Source of the DNA: Promethearchaeota archaeon
Lineage (GTDB): Archaea; Asgardarchaeota; Lokiarchaeia; Sigyniarchaeales; SOKP01
NCBI GenBank assembly: GCA_016839585.1
Contig: JAEOTZ010000017.1
Coordinates: 34,973-98,972, forward strand
Length of the DNA: 64,000 nt
Direction: 5' to 3'
Under the pieces are notes generated by a model, which was not told the origin of the DNA, did no database searches, and saw nothing but the letters and a program-made list of their open reading frames with translations. A program made the translations under genes and the position numbers. Numbering within the stretch: the first letter of the stretch is position 1; every line of letters begins with the position of its first letter. This document shows positions 60,106-64,000 of this stretch, one piece after another.

Positions 60106-60804
60106 CTAAAATTTAAAGCCACAACTAGGACAAAAGGTTACCCCTTCTTGTTCAATTTTTTGTCCACATTGAGGGCAAAATCTTAGTGCAGTAGGTTTTT
60201 CCTTTAGGGGTTCCTTCTCCCCTATAGTCTCTTTTTTAGGCTCGCGTATTCCAGCTTTTTCTTTGAGATAATAATAATATAAAGCTACTCCAATAAAACC
60301 CATAGTTGCTCCGATGAATGGAGATATAATTCCAAAGTTTACATCAAACCAATCCCAAAATTTTTCACCAGCTACTACAGACTCTAAACCAGCAATATAA
60401 GGCCAATCTGCGCCGATTAACCATATAATCGGCCCAATTAGAAGTAAAGCTGCTCCTATTGATGACATTACAATAATATTTGTATTAAATTCAGTTCTTC
60501 TCTTACTTTGAACCCCTCCTATAATAAGGGCTACAATACCAATTGTGATAATTATAGTGCAGACCAATGAAAGTAATAAAAAAGGGCCATTTTCTGTTAT
60601 CCCACTTTCCGTAGCAGAGTAGGGTCCATAAGAAGTTGAGATTGTGGTAAAGCCCCAAATCCAATAGTACCAGTCTAAAGAAACAGGTCCATAATACCCA
60701 TAGCCACTTTGTGTCCAGTATGCTACTGGAGCTAGAAATGTAATGATTCCTAAAACAGCTCCAATAATTGGAAATACCCAAAGATAGTCTTTAATATCCG
60801 CCAT
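60106..60804 (-). CDS. Four-TM + zinc ribbon protein, copy 4
   Basis: MADIKDYLW..., FGIISPFIG, FCPQCG...FCPSCG. Confidence 0.85.
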   Translation of the reverse strand: MADIKDYLWVFPIIGAVLGIITFLAPVAYWTQSGYGYYGPVSLDWYYWIWGFTTISTSYGPYSATESGITENGPFLLLSLVCTIIITIGIVALIIGGVQSKRRTEFNTNIIVMSSIGAALLLIGPIIWLIGADWPYIAGLESVVAGEKFWDWFDVNFGIISPFIGATMGFIGVALYYYYLKEKAGIREPKKETIGEKEPLKEKPTALRFCPQCGQKIEQEGVTFCPSCGFKF

Positions 60805-60922
60805 TAAATTCACCTTCTTTATCTTAATTTTTATGTTAGATTTCTTTTAATTTTGATATTTGATAGATGATATCATATATTTGTATTTAATTTTTTTCAT
60901 TCTTTTTTAGTTTGACTTACTA

Positions 60923-60944
60923 TTTTTCTTGAGCTCAAGAAAAA
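60923..60944. promoter_or_regulatory. 22-bp perfect palindrome (candidate operator)
   Basis: TTTTTCTTGAGCTCAAGAAAAA, ~120 bp upstream of the first gene of the four-TM array. Confidence 0.4.
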
Positions 60945-61280
60945 CTAAGAATTTAGATATGAGCATATAAAAACTATTAATGGAAATTTTAAGAGATAAA
61001 ATAAATAAAAGGTGGGGTGATAATAGAATTTTTTTTTAGGAAAAACGGATTTTTTCCAGTTATATGTATTTTATGTACTTACTCTGTAGATAATGTGATT
61101 ATTAACTTTTTCAGTACATTGTATACTCGATCGTCTATATATCACCCCTTTTTTAAAGGAAATGATATTTTTTCGGCATTAAAATAATAAGACAAAAGTG
61201 TATATAAAAGTTTTCCTTGGCATATACTTTTTATAGTTTTAACTAATTATTATTCAATATTAATCAAATTCCAACTTTGA

Positions 61281-62176
61281 ATGACAAATGAATTTAATAT
61301 GTTATTAAAAGATAAAAATATAGTAATTATGGGTTCTGGAAGGGGAATTGGAAAATATATCGCACTTCTATGCGCGGAAGAGGGAGCCAATATTGGATTA
61401 ACATCTCGAACATTAGCAGAATTAAATAAGGTTAAGCGCGGAATAGAATCTTTAGGAACTGACGTAAAAATATCTATTAAAACAGGAGATATAAGGATGT
61501 AGAAGATATTTTTAAACATTTTTACGATGAACTTGGTTTATTAAATGGCGTAATAGCGAATGCGGGTTGGCGTACTGACGCAAAGCCTTCTCTAGCATTA
61601 GATATTAATACAATTCCTAAAACACTTGATGTAAATATACTTGGAGTTTATTTTACATTTAGAGGGTCTTATCCATATTTAAAAAAAGATGATAGACAAG
61701 ATAAAGCCAGATTTATAATTACGGGTAGTCAGCATTATGGGTCTGTTGTACCCTTATATTTAGCTTACACAGCATCTAAATATGCAATAGTTGGCTTAAT
61801 GGACTCACTATCGAAGGAATTTAAAAGAGAAAATATCATATTTAATATGGTCTTACCCATAAGAACCGATACACGATTAACACGGGGAATTTTAGCTGAA
61901 AATGGAAACAAACCAGATGGATTTTTGAATCCATAGGATATAAGTGATTACTATTTGTTTCTTTTAACGAAAGATAGCAATAGGATAAATAATGAATTAT
62001 TAAGAATATCAAATTTTCAACATGTAAAAAAAATCATATCTGAAGCTCCCATTGAACAAAAGGATAATATAAATATTTTTATGGAATATCTTCAAGAAGA
62101 AGCTCCGAAATTATTTCAAGATATTAAGAAATTACAGAAATTTGTAGAATTCTTATTAATTCGAAAGAAAAAGTAA
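61281..62176 (+). pseudogene. Short-chain dehydrogenase/reductase pseudogene (frameshift + nonsense)
   Basis: GSGRGIG N-terminus; frame change at ~61495 into DVEDIF...NAG...YTASK; in-frame TAG at 61934-61936; frame continues to 62176. Confidence 0.88.
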
Positions 62177-62200
62177 AAAAAATTTATTTATATAATAATT

Positions 62201-63310
62201 TTAAATTTTCCATTGTCCTTCTTCATAAATAACTTTTCCATCAGCAATAACTTTTGACCCTGGCAACTTCATATCTTTCAAAATGTCCCAATGTATTGCA
62301 CTTTTATTTTTTGAACCGGATTCTTCAGGACCTAATCCAAGTGCACAATGCATTGTGCCACCCATTTTTTCATCGAATAGCATGTTCTTTGTGAAATTTT
62401 GAATCCCATAGTTTGTTCCAATAGCAAATTCTCCTAATATATCAGCATTTTGTATCTTCAAAATTTCTTGTAGTAATTCTTCTCCCTTCTCAGCAGTTGC
62501 TTTAATTACTTTTCCATCTTTGAATTCTAAGTAAATATTCTCTATTTCTTGACCACTATATATCCCGGGAAATGTAAACCTAATATGTCCATTAACTGAA
62601 TCCTCTACAGGTCCAGTAAATACTTCTCCATCTGGTAAATTATTTTGACCAGAACAATTTATCCATTTTCTTCCTTTTACTGATAGTGTCAAATCGGTAT
62701 CTTCTCCAATTACATGAATTTTCTCTGTTTCATTCAAATAATTAACAATCTTTTCTTGCTCTTGGTCTATTTTAGTCCATTCACTAACAGGGTCTTCTTT
62801 ATCTAATAATAAAGCCTTTTCTACAAAGTCAAAATAAGAAAACAAGCCCATTTTTGCTTCTTGTGCTAAAGATTGACAAGGATAAGGAGCAATCACCCAG
62901 TTAAATTCTCCTTTAGAATATCTTTCATTCATAATACTCATTATTTCAAAACGTCCTGGTGCGCTTTGCATTTTTGCCATCTTTTTAGGATCAACAGATG
63001 CATGTTTATAAGGATTATAATCACCTAATATTTGTATCATACCATCAAACTCCTTAAATACGATCTTTTGGATATTATCAACATAAACAAGTTGTTTTTC
63101 TGACGCGTATTTAAAGAATAATTCTTGAGTTCCTTCTATTGTTGACAAAAGAAGGCTATGTCCTCCAGCTTTGAGTATTTCAGCATATATAGCTAGAATA
63201 AAATCTTTTGCAAGAGTTGGTCCCGCAACGAATATTCTATCTCCCTCTTTAACTTTAATGGAGTAATTTACTACTAATTTTGCAAGTTTCTCATAAAATG
63301 TATTTATCAT
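62201..63310 (-). CDS. Aminopeptidase, M29 family (AmpS/AmpT type)
   Basis: NLPDGEVFTGP, GEFAIG, NMLFDEKMGGTMHCALG, SAIHWD. Confidence 0.93.
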   Translation of the reverse strand: MINTFYEKLAKLVVNYSIKVKEGDRIFVAGPTLAKDFILAIYAEILKAGGHSLLLSTIEGTQELFFKYASEKQLVYVDNIQKIVFKEFDGMIQILGDYNPYKHASVDPKKMAKMQSAPGRFEIMSIMNERYSKGEFNWVIAPYPCQSLAQEAKMGLFSYFDFVEKALLLDKEDPVSEWTKIDQEQEKIVNYLNETEKIHVIGEDTDLTLSVKGRKWINCSGQNNLPDGEVFTGPVEDSVNGHIRFTFPGIYSGQEIENIYLEFKDGKVIKATAEKGEELLQEILKIQNADILGEFAIGTNYGIQNFTKNMLFDEKMGGTMHCALGLGPEESGSKNKSAIHWDILKDMKLPGSKVIADGKVIYEEGQWKI

Positions 63311-63444
63311 GATTATATTAAATTGATATTTGGATTTAAACTATTCTTATGAAAAATGGCAAGAAGAATGTAATTCTCTTTTAACTAAGAGCAATTAATC
63401 AAAATAAAAATAAAATAGAAAAAAATAGAAATAATAAGAGTCAA

Positions 63445-64000
63445 TTAGATTTTCCACTTACCTTCCTCATAAATTACCTTTCCATCAGCCAAAATCTTAG
63501 AGCCAGGTAATTTCATATCTTTTAAAATATCCCAATGTATCGCGCTTCTATTTTTTGAACCAGTGTCCTCAAAACCCAACCCTAATGCACAATGCATTGT
63601 GCCACCCATTTTTTCATCGAATAACATGTTCTTTGTGAATTTTTGAATCCCATAGTTCGTACCAATAGCAAATTCTCCTATTATATCGGCATTTTCAATC
63701 TTTAATATTTCTTGCAGTAGTTCTTCTCCCTTATCAGCAGTTCCTTTAATAACTTTTCCATCTTTAAATTCCAAAAATATATTTTCTATTTCCTTACCAA
63801 TATATATTCCTGGATAAGTAAATCTAATATGTCCATTGATGGAATCCTCGACAGGACCAGTAAATACTTCGCCATCAGGCAAATTTCTCTGCCCACAGCA
63901 ATTTTTCCAAGTTCTACCTTTTGTTGATAGGGTTAATTCTGTGTCTTCCCCCAATACTTGAATATTTTCAACCTTATTTAGATATTGAACAATTTTATCT
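63445..64000 (-). CDS. Second tandem M29 aminopeptidase, C-terminal part (runs off the window)
   Basis: Highly similar to 62201-63310 with the same metal-binding motifs. Confidence 0.9.
   Translation of the reverse strand, partial: DKIVQYLNKVENIQVLGEDTELTLSTKGRTWKNCCGQRNLPDGEVFTGPVEDSINGHIRFTYPGIYIGKEIENIFLEFKDGKVIKGTADKGEELLQEILKIENADIIGEFAIGTNYGIQKFTKNMLFDEKMGGTMHCALGLGFEDTGSKNRSAIHWDILKDMKLPGSKILADGKVIYEEGKWKI

Noticed and set aside
438-60781. Many short ORF-track entries overlapping long genes (e.g. 438-668, 2305-2577, 14381-14923, 21984-22478, 47351-47800)
   Set aside because: Antisense or off-frame shadows of well-supported genes, with no motifs.

Overview
AT-rich archaeal window that looks like an Asgard (Lokiarchaeota-type) genome. 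The assignment is inferred from TBP, eL13, an archaeosortase, many longin/roadblock/small-GTPase fusions and a eukaryote-like ubiquitin cassette. Main points: (1) 0.4-7.9 kb holds a complete ubiquitin module (JAMM protease, E1, E2, pro-ubiquitin ending GG-YYKQ). It follows a longin-degenerate GTPase gene and is bracketed by three paralogous 7TM proteins with a C-terminal C4C4 RING-type finger, i.e. candidate membrane-embedded, sensor-coupled E3 ligases. (2) There are seven small-GTPase genes; three uDENN/longin-GTPase fusions keep an FLCN/SMCR8-like arginine-finger motif. (3) An ~8.3 kb surface-protein block (12.07-20.38 kb) is bounded by a perfect 31-bp direct repeat and contains gene-end remnants. 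(4) A decapitated Rab-like gene sits next to an HNH-type ORF. (5) Other items: a degenerate NrdD lacking the glycyl-radical domain, a CUB-like/longin single-pass protein, a 4-gene tetraspan-zinc-ribbon array, two probable ATA starts and an SDR pseudogene. No rRNA, tRNA or CRISPR array was seen. All family calls come from motif recognition by eye; no database search was run.
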